Source: Camelus ferus (taxonomy: Eukaryota). Taken from it: DNA of 64,000 nt. The stretch is from contig NC_045698.1 in NCBI RefSeq assembly GCF_009834535.1, positions 10,232,001 through 10,296,000 on the forward strand, in the 5' to 3' direction. The notes beneath the pieces are model-generated. The model ran no database searches. It was not told the DNA's origin and worked only from the letters and a program-made list of their open reading frames with translations. The translations under genes were made by a program, and so were the position numbers. Of this stretch, positions 48,176 to 61,890 are shown one piece after another; positions within the stretch are counted from its first letter, which is position 1, and each line of letters begins with the position of its first letter.

Positions 48176-51100
48176 TCAGGAACGATCATTTTGATGCCCT
48201 GCATTCTTCTTCAGAATGTTGTTTTAGTCACAGAAAGGAATTGCCAGGGAAGGGGTCTAGATGGAGGAGTCAAAGCCTGGGTGTTACTGTGAGAAATGAA
48301 ATCGTGAGGTTGGAAGCACCAATATTAGTGGGTTTTTTTAGTTGTCCAAAAACGGTCGCAAACTGTAAATTTTAATAGTTTAAATGTGCTTATTAAAGGA
48401 TTTTCCCACCTATTTCCGTATCCCTTGGGTCCGCTGTTCACTCTGTGTGCTTGAGGGCCAGCGTACTTCCTGGACCTGCGTCTGGAGTAGCAGCCGGGGC
48501 TACCCCCCACCTCCTTGGGGCGCCACGTCGCATGAGATTAAGCCACTGGGCTGCTCATATCAGGAAAGGAAGCCTTGGGGAATAGGCTGATGAGTCTAAC
48601 CATCTAGTTTGGTACCAGGTACTCACTGTGCTTGAATTTGAAAACAGCAAACATTAATTTTTATATGTAGAAAGGTAATTATGATAATTACGAGATCAGT
48701 TCTTTAAGCAGCTGTTTTTCCCTCAAGAACAAGAACAGGGTTGGATGTCAGCAGGAGAAAGTGTTTTGCACCCTCTGGCCCTATTAACATTCCACAGAAG
48801 CAGTGATTGTTCTTTAAGTGAAGCGTTTTGTCGATTAAATGATCGGGAATGGTTTGGACGTGTTGTGCAAACAGGAAATTGCTATGTCGGCTGGACTTGT
48901 GAAGCAAGGAGCAGAGTTGATAAGATTAAGCAAAGCAAACACTTTACCTCAGAGGAGCCCGTAGGATGTCAAAATCGAGCATGTGTTTCTGAAACTCAAA
49001 TTAATTCACACAGAGAAAAATTTTGCCATCTTGAGCATCGAGCAGGAAAGGTAAGCTGAGGATAAATGAAGGAAAGACCTTGTCAGCGTAGTTAGTAGAA
49101 GATAAACTTGTAAAGACAAAAACAATCAAAAATCCACAAAAACATAGCTAATTAGAGATACCACATGTGGTTTTTGTTTGGGTCATGGAAAGGCATCTGT
49201 AGTACCAAGGGCAAAGAAAAGCAACTTACCACACAAGAAATACGGACACTTTTGTGAAGACAGCCTCTAAGAAGAGTACGCGCTTGTCTGTGGAAGAGAA
49301 GATGTGAGACCAGCGTGTGCCCCAAGGAAGGGAGCCCTGGGCGATGCACGGGGAGTTTGATTTTTAAAATATGCCTAATTTTGGTTTAGCGATTAGGTTT
49401 TTCTTCCCCCCTTAACAAGCAAAGGCAGTTTCCCAATTTCTATATGGACAGTGTTTCGGGTGGGAGTCGTGCTGTGGTGTAGGGTCATAGCGCTGACCGT
49501 GGGTCCAGATCACAGGATGGGGAGGCAGGCGGTAAAGACGTGCCCACATACACTTGCTAGCTGCTGAGCAACATTACCTGCTGTCATCCTTAGCTTCAAA
49601 ATAAAATTAATACCATTTGTTCTATTTCTTGATGGTCAAATAATATACATATTCCAGTTGCCTGCTGTTTACTGTTAGGGCAAGCCTCAGTGGGCATTTC
49701 GTTGAATTAATGAGTGAGTAGCTGTATTCCTGCCAGGCGGAGTTTTTCAGTTTAGGGTGTGCTTTAGTTGACTCTAACTACATAGTTTATTTTTGCTGCA
49801 CTCGTTCAAGTGGGAGGAGAGTCTGGACGAAGTCCACAGCAGGCTGCCGTCAGACTCGTCCTCCCACTCGCTGGCGTGTCTGCCCACCTCTTGGGCTGGT
49901 GGGGCTTAGTCACCCCAACACGTCCAGTGAGGTCAGTGGGCCCTGGAAATCTGCTTTCCAGAAGTAGGCTTTCTCCCTTAGACAGGGAGACCTTCTCCTA
50001 AACAGAAGCCCCCCGCCGCCCACTGCAGCCCTTTGAATGTGTGAGCATCACACCTGCTGAGTTACCTCTTGGAAAAACTCCCTTCAGGTTGGTATTGGGC
50101 CATTAAGATTGAAAAAATGGTCGAGCAAGGCTGGCCCACTCTAGATTCTTCTTGTCCACACTTCATTCTTTATACAAAACACCTGAACTGAACGTGTGAT
50201 ATTCTGAGAGGTACAGAGATAAATGTGTTGACTAGCTCAAAGTTCCTTTTCTCAAGGAATTGTAATCTTGTGAGAGTCGATGGTTTAATAGTCAAATACG
50301 TTAGACCACAGCACGCTGAGATTCATGGATGCTGTTGATTGTCGCAGGGTGTCGTTTTGCCAGGATGTGAATTTGACTGTTAAGGTGGGACCAAGTGAAG
50401 GAGTGGATAAAGCTTGCCACCCTTGTCCCTGCTGTCCACCCACCTCACACGTGCATTTGGGTGGGACACATCTGGGCTGTGATGACTTGTGCACTTGTCG
50501 GGTTCCAGGGAGCTTCGTCTGTGTTCTCAAGCATCAGGGGTGCCGTGTATCAGGAAGACAAAGGCTTCTGTAACGGGTGCAAGTGACAGTTGCTGGGGCA
50601 GCGGGAAGGCCTCCAGGGGAGGCGCGGGGTTTGGGCTGGTCCTCGACAGGTGGGCAGAAGTCTGGAGGCTGAGGACTGGGCAGCAGGGGTTGCCAGGACA
50701 GCAGAGACATTAAAGGGTGGGCCTGCCTGAGAACAGCAGGTGGCCAGGGTGGGCAGAACAGGAGGCGAGGAGGCCGAGCTGGGCAGGTGTGGAAAGGTGA
50801 CCCCGTGTCACAGGCTCGGGAGTTGTTTCCAAAGCTTTGGGACACCATCGAGGGGACATTGTGAACCCGAGTGCTGTGCGTGGGTGCAGGCCTGCAGGGA
50901 CTGCGTGGCTGTGAGGATTGAGGGCAGGGACATCCGCGTGGCAGCGGGCTCCCCTCGGTGCTCGTGGGTACTCGCTAGTGGGCAAGTTAGGGGTCTCTCT
51001 TCTCTTGGTGCCCACAGCCACCCTGCAGAGTGGTTAATGCAGTTCTCCACTTTGAGATCAAACCCTGAAGGACCACGTGCCGTGCATTTGAGTTGATGCT

Positions 51101-54100
51101 GTGGGAGTGGATGGCGAATGCTGCGTGCGGTGGAAAGGTGGCTCTGGTTGTGGGGTGACAAGTGCAGCACGAGAGTGACACTTCAGGCGAGGAGACGGGC
51201 TCAGTCCCCCTCATGGACCTCTGTGCCATCGGGGGGGGGGTGTCTAGGGAACAGAAGTGAAGGTCTGCAGGGCAGCAGTCTGTGTTAACCTCTGGTGTTC
51301 CCCAAGTGTCTGGGATAGTAGATCCTTGATCCTTGGTGTCTGTGGACTGAATGAATGAAGAAAGTTAAGGAATTCCCTAATTCTGCTAATTAAAGATAAT
51401 TTGGGGCGAAAGTCTCTTCGTGAATTCTGGAGTGGGGAGGGCTGGCCTCACGTGGGAATCGCGTCATCTAACCAGGAGATCTTCATGCAGGAACCAGGAG
51501 CTTTGACTGATGTTAGGGAGCCAGGGGTGGCCCAGAAGGAGATGGTAATTTCAGTGCATGGGAATTGTGCAAGTGTGTGAGATCCTTAAAATAGTAAAGA
51601 TTTTGACCACTTGAACAGAAAGAGACGGGTTTCAGGTCCACAGAGAAGCTGTTTCACAGTTCTGCCGTGGGGCCTCGGCTTCTGGCCTCCTGCCAGTAAG
51701 AGTCACCTCCCCGCGGTGTTTGACCCAGCAGCCCCGTCCACCCTGAACCCAGCTCTTACGTGAAGGTTCCTGAACCTCGTTTGTTCTGTGCTCGTTAGCT
51801 TAAGGCAGAAGGACGGATTTTTCTCGTCCCACTCATCAGGGTCACTGTACAGGCCTCGCTGTGTAACCCTCTCCTGCTTACATTCCCACGCTCACGGTCC
51901 TGGTTGTGCCTCCCGGTAAGAACGGTTAGATGATTGCCGTCCTTTCTGAGAGCTTCTCATTTGGAATTAGGGAGAACTGGAGGGCGAGTGGTTAGGGGTT
52001 GGGAACCTGCACATTTATTTTTAGTTTACATATATGTACTAATTATTGTTTCTAAAAACAGATTAGATCTTTAGCTTTTTAAACTTACATAGTTATCAAA
52101 GGAATAAAGCCAACCACAAAATAAGAATCAACAGAATGTGGTAATCCAATCATAAAGCAGGTAGAGGCTGGCCGCTGATCTTCCTGGTGGGTTTGGGGCC
52201 AGCTTTCCTTACCTTTTGTCACAGGAACAGAGACTGTCAGAGTAACCTTAGTAACCACAGCTTGGGAGGAGCTGACAGTTCAATGGTGAGGATGAAAGAC
52301 TGGGGAAATGGACGGATCTCTTCCCTACAGCGGATGTGGTACTGGGATGTGGGTATGTGAGCTGGCGCTGTGAGCCAGCGGGGCAGGAGCTCAGGGGACT
52401 GGGGTCAATCAGAAGTGAGCAGGGAGCTGAGGTCATCAAGCCCACAGGGACACACGCACTGAGGAGCCGGGATGCCCAGGAGCGGGCGGAACCATGAACA
52501 AAATCCAGGCAGTCTGGGATGCCCTACTGTTGACTGCCAGCCCATTGCCAGGGTCCCCTAAGAAGACAGCGCCCAGTGACTAGCTGGACAGGGGAGACCG
52601 CACATGTGCACGTGTGTGTATGTTTGTGTGTTTCTGTCATGCAATAACTAGACGTAAGCTAAATATAACATCTGGACTCGTTTCCCAGATAACATCTTAG
52701 ACATATTAAGGTTTTTCTTGGACAGTTTTGGACTATTTTATATTTATTTACAAACCAAGAATGGGAAAAATAATTTTTTTAAGTTTAGAAAATTGTGAAA
52801 AGGATTAACTCCTGTTGGTAGATTGCTGGTTTGGTTGGCATTTGAAGGGCATATCCAAGGTGAGACTATATGAATTATAACCTGCCTGTCTTCTGTCTTC
52901 CCTCCCTCCCGTCCTAAACTTCTTTGTTTTCCTTAAGAAATTTAATGTACTTAGGTAATTAAAACTAGGGTAATATCAGGAGAACTGATTTATATTTTTT
53001 TAGAAGGTACACAGATGGATGGATAGATGAGGTACAGGTTTAGAAGCCGCCAGCCTCTTCGTGAGCCCTTCTTCACTGATTTCACCTGTACTCCCTCCTG
53101 GCCAAGGAAGGATGCACCTGCCCCTGACCTTTCACGTGCTCTCATGTGGGCTGAGCAGAAGTGGCTCTTGTAAAGCAGGGAGTTTGGTTCTGTATCACGT
53201 GTTTGTGTAAACTGACTGAGGTTTTTTGTTCTTGTTTTAAATAGTTTCTTTTTCCCAAGTGAGCATTAGGCTTAGTATACATTGGAGTGTACTAGAAGCA
53301 TTTTTAAAAAGGTATTTCTGTACTAAGAATGATTGTAGTTTTAGAATAAGCATCATTCTAATTTCAAAATACAGCGATTGAAGATATGGAGAGTTCTGGG
53401 CTCCACTGGAGAGATTAAAGAAGTGTGTGTCAGGGGAGATAATCATTGTTGTCAGGCAGCTGCGAATGCTGGACCTAGAAAGTTCCTCCTTCTTCCCTCA
53501 GTCCCCACGAGCCCACAGATGCATGTTGAATTTTGTGTTGGTTTCATTTCACTGTAAATGTCATGCCATGCACATCACAGAATTTAGAGCTAGAGGCCCT
53601 GGTGATCATGTCAGGCCAAGCCCTTCATTTTCCAGGTTAAAAAAAAATCTAGCCTCGAAAAAGTTGAGTGACTTGGCAGAAGCTGCAGGAAGCCTAGAGG
53701 TTTAACTGCTTCACTGCCTGTGACCTGAGGAGGATGCTTCACTTCTGAGCTAATCAAAGAGTGAGGCTGACATCTTCCTTAAGGCAGACTATTTAAGTGG
53801 GGCTTCTCAGGCTGGGGGAAGGGGCTTCCGTGGAAGCTGCAGTGCCCATCACTGCGGCTGCTAAGGAGATTTTTGTTATTTCTTCCCATTCACTGTTGAC
53901 ATTCACCTTAGGAGTGGATGAGGGAATGTAAGGGAGAGGGCGCTGATTTCTGGTCCTGGCATCTCTTCACCGCTGCCACCGCCTCCTTGTCTATGAGCAG
54001 CTGAGGGGATAGCTGGGCCCCCACTGGATGAGGAAGAGCATGATTGGTTTCAGGAGTAAAATGCACTCTAAGCATTAGGAAAAAGTCTCAGGCAGGCTAA

Positions 54101-54954
54101 GGTAGCGTGAGTATGTGGATTCCTTCATTTCTGATTTTTAACTTTGTGTTTAAATGTCCTTAACAGCATAATACTGGATATCCATCTTAGGCATTGCTGA
54201 GTCCCAGCCTCTAGTAAAAGGCACATTGTCTAAGAGCAGACCTCCTTTTTGATCTCCCATGTAAGTTTAGCAAATTTCAAGTGATGTCCCTTAGTTGTTC
54301 AGTCATTCTTTGTTATAATCACCAAAATACCATTCATTGGTTTGATAATCAGAGAAACTCTGTCTCAGTGCATTTTTCAGGAGCACTTATTTAAAAGCAG
54401 AACTAGAAACACAGTACGTCCATTTCTAGATTGGCATCCACAATGGTTTAAATAACAGCCACCGAGTTGAACAAGGAAGAAACTAAGTGAAACTAGGTTA
54501 ATGTGGGTTTCATAGGGAAGGTAGGGTAAGGCAGGGGGAAAATTCGTATTTTGCATCTGGAAAATCTGATTTTATATAAAAAAGAACAAATTCAGAATAT
54601 TTTAGAATTACCTTATTTTTCATTTGCTTCATCTAATTGTTTTTTAAACTAAGCACAGAATCAGAAAAGCTAGTTGTTTTATTTCTTGTGCTTGAAATAT
54701 GACTGAGAGGGAGGGGACTCTCATTATTACGACTGGAAACACTTACTCCCTGTGCTTTGTCTCTTGAACATAGTAGCTAAAATGGACAGATGGCTGTGTG
54801 TTTTCCCTGAATGTTCTCTGCTTTCAGAGTTCCCAGGAAAAAGAGACCAGCTCAATGTGCTCTTGGTGGGTTTACGTCAGAGGACTTGTGTCGTTTTCAT
54901 AAACAGTCAATCCTAGTGCTGGAACTCCATACAATACTACAGTCCGTGCTGTGA

Positions 54955-55090
54955 CACAGTGTGATGGTGGATAAAGGCATGTGTTTGGAGTTGAGAAGTT
55001 CTGCATTTGAATCTTTTTTCTAGGTGTTCTTTCTTGGGCACTTAACTTTTCTGAGCCTCCATTTCTTGCTCAATAGAGATAATAATAAAA
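54955..55090 (+). mobile_element. MIR SINE fragment
   Basis: 'cagtgtgatggtggataaaggc...tcttgggcacttaacttttctgagcctccatttct...gagataataata'. Confidence 0.6.
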
Positions 55091-57749
55091 ATTTTCATTC
55101 TTTTTTCTACTTTCTTGGGGAGAAATGTTTTTTGGAATTAAGAATTTGTCAAAGTTGAGAAAGATAACAGAGCAGATGCACTGTGATATGTAATACTGTA
55201 GGGGGATCTGAGAGCCGCCCCCCCCCCCCCAACGATCAAGTGCATGGAGATTTCTGCAGCCAGATGTACAGGAACTCACACTAAAGGGATCGATAAAGAC
55301 TATTAATAGCCTCAGGTCAGGTCTTTACTGCCAATTAATTTTTGTGACCAAGTCTTGAAAAAATATTTGGAATTTCAGAGCTGTTTTAGCTTTTTGTGAA
55401 AAAGCAGTTATGAACCTGTATTGCGCTCCCAAGCACAGCACAGAATGATCTCTCAGTAAGTGATGCTGGAGATAGTGACGTGGTCCATGGTGGTGTTCTA
55501 GTACATACTTGAAGTAAACAGCTGTGTATTTTCAAGGAAAAATGTCATTATGTTGTTCTGTACATTGTGTGTTGCTGAAATGGAGGTCCTTGAGAATGAG
55601 TCTCCCATTTGACTAGGGTTTAGTATTTAGTCATAAGTTCTTAAATAGTGATTACTTAGAAATATTAATCCACAAAACATAGTGAAAATTAGGTAGTGGG
55701 GGCTGATGACAGAAAATTACTTTAGAGACAGGTTGCACGGGATGGCCAGGCCCTTCCTCGTGATGGAGGTGGAAGGCGCCAGTGGCCAGTTCCTGAGGTG
55801 TTTGGTCCTGGTGTGGTTGTGTGTGCTGGCTCACCTACCCCCCGTTTTGCTGTCTGTCATAATAGTGTCACTTCATCAGGGTGTTTTATGCAATAGCCTC
55901 AACTGTTCTGAAGCAGAAACAGCTCTTTCCTTCCAGACCTCCGCGTGCTGCCTGTATGCCTGTCGTGCCTGGTGAGGAAGAGAGGCCACGTAGACTGGAG
56001 GTTCAGAGGATGGACCTTGCTTCCGGGCCCAGGTCCACAGACTGGCTCTTCTCCATGGTGGCCGAGGGTCCTTGGCCCTGTGTCTTCATCTATGGCCCAG
56101 GGTCATGATGCGGCCCCCAGCCCAGCTCTCTGTGAGGACTGATGCTGTAGGTCCTAGCCTGCCTCAGTGGCCAGGGCTCAGGCAGACTGCAGTTTCCAGT
56201 GAAGAAATGAGCAGATCAGACATGCCATCATCATGCTCACTCTTGCAATTACGTGACAAATGGGGAGTGAAACTCAACAACCTGTGAGGTTTCCTGACAT
56301 TTTGCCTTAGCTGCTGAGATGGTTATCTGTGTTTAAAGTGTTGGTGGCTCGCTTTGGAATGACCTTGATCTTGGGGCAATCTTGGTGCCCATTAGAAGGC
56401 GCTGGTGTACAGAGGACCAGGCTTGTCTCACTTCCTCTGAGCAGGGAGGAGGTGACGTTGGCCCTCCAGCCCTGCTCCTGCCTGACAACCAGGTAGCCTG
56501 CGGGGAGGACCGGCTTTTGCCCTTCTCCTCGAGCCAGCAGCAGAGCAGCAGGTCCTGGGCTGGCCTGGTTGTTCTGTGGCTGGAGGTCACAAGGCAGGGA
56601 GGTGACAGCTGCCACCACCGCTGAGGTCGGGAGGGGGCCAGCCGGACTAGCTGGATGGAGCCCCTGATGTGCAGATATTTTTCTGTTCTAAATGGAAAGA
56701 GTCCACAAGCTTGCCTTTCAAATGCTCCTTGGACAGGTGTAGTCGTTCAGGATTCCTTGGCAGTCGGGGGAATGTTCTCAGACTTAAGAGAAGCAGAAGC
56801 CTCGTGGGCAAGTTTGGTTTTGAATATGAGCTCGATTTCATAATTGTCTGCTACTGTTTTTAAACAGCGCTTGGAATTTGTACACTCTTCTTTGAACTAC
56901 TTTCTTGTTTGTTGAGATTTCACCTGGTATTTACAATTCTGTCTAAAGGAACCACTAATAAAACAAAAATCGTAACCCTTTTGTAACCCTCAGTGGTTGG
57001 TTCATAATAGCTTTTATTTCTTCTGCTTCCTGAAGCACTTTTCTTAGGCTTAAAAAACAAAGTTTTATTTTTTCAGAAAGACTGTATTTTGCTTCCTCTA
57101 GCACTTTCTACCAAATAGTGTTTACTTTTTACTTTTTGAAGTTGTGCCCTTACTTCAAGGCTGTATTGAGACTTGAAGGAGACGTGAGGGCAAGTATCAG
57201 TAATCACTATCAGTAGTCATCAGGTTTGCTGTTTACCAAACCTTGTTTTTTTTCTTTTTAAGGTATTGTTGAGGAATATATAGAATATGCTATCGTTGTA
57301 GTTAAAAGGAGGTCTCCCAGCCCCTTCACGCAGATCTGATAGCATACGTGTAACTTAGACACCTCTCAGCTCTTTTCAGGCTTAATGTAGTTGGTCCTTG
57401 TCTTCCGCCTGGTACTGGCCTCCTGCCTGGAGGCACATTCGGTTAACTATCCATTCTTCGAAGTTGAGACATCTTAAAGCTGTCATTAGGCATTTCTCTA
57501 GAAGTGAAACGGGACCTGTGTTTTATAATAGGCACTAAGAGACTGGCCCACAAACAGCTCAGCAGTTGGATGTCAGCCTAGATGTCAGGTGGTGAATGTG
57601 ATTATTTACTAATGGTAGTATGGAAGATCTCTCTTTCTCTCTTTTTAATCTCAAGAAAGAAAAATAATGTACTAAATGCACTGGTTAAAAAGCAATGGAA
57701 TAGCCATAACCTGTGCTGTCAAAGCACTTAATGTTAGATGGAAGTCCCC

Positions 57750-57832
57750 ATGGGTTATGGTTTATGGATGAGGGGTCATGGGTGGGGGCTGTGGTTTATG
57801 GGTGAGGGGTTATGATTTATGGGTGGGGTTGG
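57750..57832. repeat. Degenerate G-rich tandem repeat built from ggtttatggg(t)gagggg-like units
   Basis: atgggttatggtttatggatgaggggtcatgggtgggggctgtggtttatgggtgaggggttatgatttatgggtgggg. Confidence 0.6.
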
Positions 57833-58068
57833 CTCACATGCTGTACTCACCATGTGGGGACAGTAAGGTGCTTAATGTAGATTTCATTGAAAACTCACAG
57901 CCCTCCACCATTATTGTCACCACTGAGCAGGTAGGAAGCTGCAGCTCAGAAAGGATGCTGGATGTCTGTGGTGCAGGGGGCTAGAAATGAAGGGTTAACG
58001 AGGGAGTTTTTGGGAGGACTGGGAGGCTGAGGTGACTGACAATACACATGGATCTAGTAGGAATTACT

Positions 58069-58128
58069 CTGTGACCCCGGCTGACTAGCAGAATGGCAGT
58101 GTGACCCCAGGTGACTAGCAGAGTGGTG
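58069..58128. repeat. Two-copy tandem repeat, ~30-bp unit
   Basis: tgtgaccccggctgactagcagaatggcag / tgtgaccccaggtgactagcagagtggtgg. Confidence 0.7.
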
Positions 58129-58545
58129 GTGGTGACAGAGCGATTCAGAGATGAACTGTAGGAATAAGGTAAACGTATACCTTTAGCCTGAACACCCGCC
58201 CAGGGCCAGACTTCTATACCTGCCCGACCCTCCCACATGTGCACACATGTGCACACACTCACACACACCTCTGCTCATGCTACAGGGGTGTTTACAGAGG
58301 ATTCCCAGAGATTTAGTCAGGTTCGCGAGCCACTTTATTTAAATATGCTGCTAACTTTGCTAAACCCTGTGGAAAAAGGACCCTCTGGAGCAGAGGGGGA
58401 CAAATTGAGGTGGACAGCAGGCTCTGGCCCTACCAGCTGCCTCTTTTTTCCCTGGATATCTGTCAGCACAGCTGATCTCTCTGCAGTGCGGGTAACAGAG
58501 GGCACAGGATCCTTTTTGTAGCGATGAACCTCACATTAAGGCCCC

Positions 58546-58726
58546 TTTTGTTTATTTTTTTTTTTAACTGAAATAGTTGACAGGCAATATTATGTTACTG
58601 TCAGATGTACTAAATAGTGATTTGACATTTGCATATGTTATGAAATGATCACCATGACAAATTTAGTATCCATCTGTCCCCATACAAAGTTACTACTATG
58701 TTCACCATGCTGTAAGTTACACCCCC
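58546..58726 (-). mobile_element. L1 3' end fragment (older L1MA-like subfamily)
   Basis: T-tail, then 'caatattatgtta...tagtgatttgacatttgcata...gaaatgatcaccatga...catctgtccccatacaaagtta'. Confidence 0.7.
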
Positions 58727-59801
58727 CACCCTGAGGCCTCTGTGATTTTGCTGTTAGTGGAGCGCTGTGACTGGTCCACTTCCAGGCTGCCCTCTAGACC
58801 ACGGTCCTAGCTGTAAGGCCTCAGTGGGTTCTTTAGTCCAGGATCGGTTTGCTCGGTAGGCTTAGTTACCATGGTTACTAATTACAGAGTGCGAGGCAGC
58901 CTTCAGTACTTCGCAGCACATTAACGAATGTCTTCAGATACTTAACATACATCTTCAGATACTTAAATAATTTCTTTTAGTGTAAGTTTTATCTACAGAT
59001 GTCACTGGCTTAGTTTTTTGCTGTTACCTACTCTCCAGCAGAAAGAGACAAAATGTATGTTTGATGTAGTGTAAATATTTTGTTTGATGTTGTCAGTGCT
59101 TTGCGATTTCTCAAGTAAAATAGCCAATGAACTGCTTAGTCCCACTATGAACTTAAAAACATCAGGTCACCCTACTTTACTTTTACTCTTTTTCTTTAGT
59201 AGATTTCAACTAACAAGAACTTGTAAGTAATTAAATTCATGGAATGTTTAGCTTTCACAACAGCTTGGTTTGTAGAATAAATTATCCTTAAAGACATAGA
59301 CAGAGGCATTTAAGTGTTTTGTTTTCTTGGGTTTTACTTATATGTTTTGAATCTTATAAAGAAGAGACAGAAAAACATTAACTCTGTAGTTAAACTTGAA
59401 CTGCCTGAGTTGTGAAGCTTTGAACCATATAAAAATGTTAAGTTAAATTGGTCCTCTGTGGCTTGATAACTACTGTCTTATACAAAAGCCAGGCCGTGTT
59501 GGTGGCTTAGTCATGCGTTAGATGAAGTGAGATTTAATTTAATCATCATTGCATGTAACATTTATATGCACACAGATTTGCGCTGTTGAAGTAAGAGCTG
59601 ATTAAAATCATGGTGGGAAAGCTGGCAGATCTAATTCTTAACCTGTTAAACTAGTGTCCCATTGCTCACAATTTTGTTTTCTCCTTTGCTTCTTGTTTCT
59701 TACAGAGCTTTGGTAACAGAATGCATCTTCCACGGTTAGTCCTAAACACTGAACAAGGCGGCCGTTGTTTTTATGGCATCTGTGTCTGTGTTTCCTTGTA
59801 G

Positions 59802-59924
59802 GTACTGGACTGGATTGAGAACCACGGAGAAGCATTTCTGAGCAAACATACAGGTGTGGGGAAGTCTCTTCATCGGGCCCGAGCTTTGCAGAAACGTCAT
59901 GAAGATTTCGAGGAAGTAGCACAG
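59802..59924 (+). CDS. TRIO: TRIO coding exon ~10 (VLDWIENHGEAFLSKHTGVGKSLHRARALQKRHEDFEEVAQ), 123 nt, spectrin repeat
   Basis: Acceptor ccttgtag|GTA CTG GAC; donor CAG|gtaaaa. Read manually. Confidence 0.96.
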
Positions 59925-60334
59925 GTAAAACGATGGCTTGTACTGTCTTTTCCCATAAACACCTACGTGGTTAGTTTTGAATTACAGTTTTAACACCATC
60001 TGAGATGAGTTAGCCATAGCCAGCAGTGTTCGAAGGTGATTCAGAAATGATGCCTGAATTTCAGAGTGCAGTTGTCAATGTCTGGGCAGAAAGATGGTTT
60101 AGTCCATTGACCTTTTTGTGAAATGTGATGTTCTTGAACCTGAAAAATGTCTTAGATGTTTTTGCCATATTTATTGTACCAGTGTCTATTGACTAGCTTG
60201 TGAAATTCCAATTCATGGTCAGAAATTAACAGTCCTTCTTGCATTTCTATAACGATGGACTAGCATGACTTGTCCCTTTGTTATTTCTTTTTTAAAAGAT
60301 GTGCTTCGAAACAGGAGGTAGGGGTGGTGGTATA

Positions 60335-60555
60335 TTCAGAGCCTGGGGTTTGTGGAGTTCCAATATTGTCTGTAATGCTAACCAGCTGTGTGACTTTGGA
60401 AAAATTTCTTAACCTTCCTGAGGTTTAACTTTTTCATCTGAAAAATAGGCACAGTGAGGGCTGCTTGAGAGAAGCAAAGTATGTGTGTGTGGTTGCATCA
60501 TGTAAGGTACCCAGACCAGGGCTTTCCACAACTCACTGCTGTTTGGTAAATGTGC
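60335..60555 (+). mobile_element. MIR SINE
   Basis: 'taaccagctgtgtgactttggaaaaatttcttaaccttcctgagg...tttttcatctgaaaaatagg'. Confidence 0.6.
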
Positions 60556-60649
60556 CTTTCATTTTGTTTTGTGTTTTTGTGTTTTGAAAGAAAGATGAGT
60601 GAAGAAGGGAGCAATGACCATAACATGAGAGAGATATATATATGGAAGC

Positions 60650-61890
60650 TATAGGAGGTAGGGTAAAAGTTCTTTTAAAAAGAAGTTGTAGGATGAGTGC
60701 AAATTGAGACATATTATGGTAAAACTGAGGAACACCAAAGGCAAAGTCTTAACAACGAGAAGAGAAAAATGACAAAATCACACCTGCGAGAATGACTTTG
60801 AGGAAGACAGCTGACTTCTTACCAGGAACCACAGATTGTGGAAGACAGTGGAGTGCAGTCCTGAGGGAAAGTACCTCTGAACCCGGATTCCACACGCAGT
60901 GGAACAATCACTCAACAGTCAGGATGAAATACATAGACTGAGACTGAGAGAGTTCACCACTCAGATACTTGCCTAAGAACTGGAGCGTTCAGTTTAGTCA
61001 GGGTAATGGAAGCACCCACCGTAACGTAAGCACCGTGAGAACAAGGACTTTGTTTTGTTCTGTCTCTGTCTCTAGCGCTGAGAACAAGGCTACCTGGTGC
61101 AGGTAAGTGTGCAGCAGTATTTGTTGAATGAATGACTTAAATGAATAAAAAAGGAGCTACAAGAAGAAAGGACTGGGCACAGAGTTCGGTAAATATGTTT
61201 GTAAATCAAAGGATTGACCCGTTAGACAAAAGGCGACGGATTTGGGGGGAGAGTTAAAAACAAGACAGAGCCAAGCAGCAGAGCACTTGAGCACGGAGGA
61301 CAGAGAGGGGTCCCAAGGAGGATGGTAGGAGGCGTGTTTATCTAAGATTTGTAAATTCAGCTGTACATGGTTGCGTTTTTGAAAGAAGCCTAAAAATACG
61401 GGAGTAGAAAGCACCGCTTCCCCTGAGTATAAAGGGAAAAGAAATAGAGAAAACCAGATAAATAAAAACTCATGAAAACGGGTCCAGTGGAAGCAAAAGA
61501 AAGGAGAACAAAAATCATGTTAGAAAATCACAAAATGAGATGCAGTCATTTGTCCACAAAGAGTGTGAATTACAGTAAATGCAAAATAGATTATACTTGC
61601 TAAGAGAAAGATTCTCTGATTGAATAGTTCGTGAAAAATCATGCTGTGTATTGTTTTCAAAGGGCACACCTCAAACCTCAATATACAGGAAGTTGGAAAG
61701 TATGTAAAGTATTAGAAAAAAGGTCCACCAGGCAGATATTAACCAAATGGAAACTGGTGCAGGGATATTGGTATTAAGCAAATAGACTTGAAAGCATAAA
61801 AACATTGTAAAAAATAAAGAAAACCTTCAATTATGAAAAGAAGACTATCGATGTACTTCTAACAACATAGTCTCAAAATTTCTAACACAG
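60650..61890 (+). mobile_element. Ancient L1 relic spanning the ORF1 end and ORF2 endonuclease start, with an L2-like 3' end at ~61030-61140
   Basis: A-rich sense strand. 'gacagctgacttct...gaagacagtggag' is ORF1-like; 'gctgtgtattgttttcaaagggcacacct...ccaggcagatattaaccaaa...aatagactt' is ORF2 EN-like; 'agtatttgttgaatgaatga' is an L2 tail. No intact ORF. Confidence 0.5.

Larger units (their letters stand above)
3745..59924 (+). other. TRIO: TRIO gene, partial: 9 internal coding exons (about exons 2-10) encoding the SEC14/CRAL-TRIO domain plus N-terminal spectrin repeats
   Basis: Exons of 75/115/193/513/123/192/132/231/123 nt, each with AG/GT boundaries and compatible phases, join into one uninterrupted frame matching the recalled TRIO N-terminus. 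The residues KNDEMKAMD, LISYLACIPSEEV and QESFPCCIH distinguish it from the paralog KALRN. Confidence 0.97.

Noticed and set aside
52011..52160. AT-rich island in GC-rich context that could be a retrocopied mRNA 3' UTR fragment on the - strand
   Set aside because: No clear poly-A tail or TSD, and I cannot name a parent gene. A BLASTN search would be needed.
59795..59810. AG|GT junctions at the start of exon 10 (tag|GTACTG) and exon 3 (cag|GTGGCA) as recursive splice sites
   Set aside because: Positions +3 to +6 match the U1 consensus poorly, unlike the GTGAGT at exon 9.
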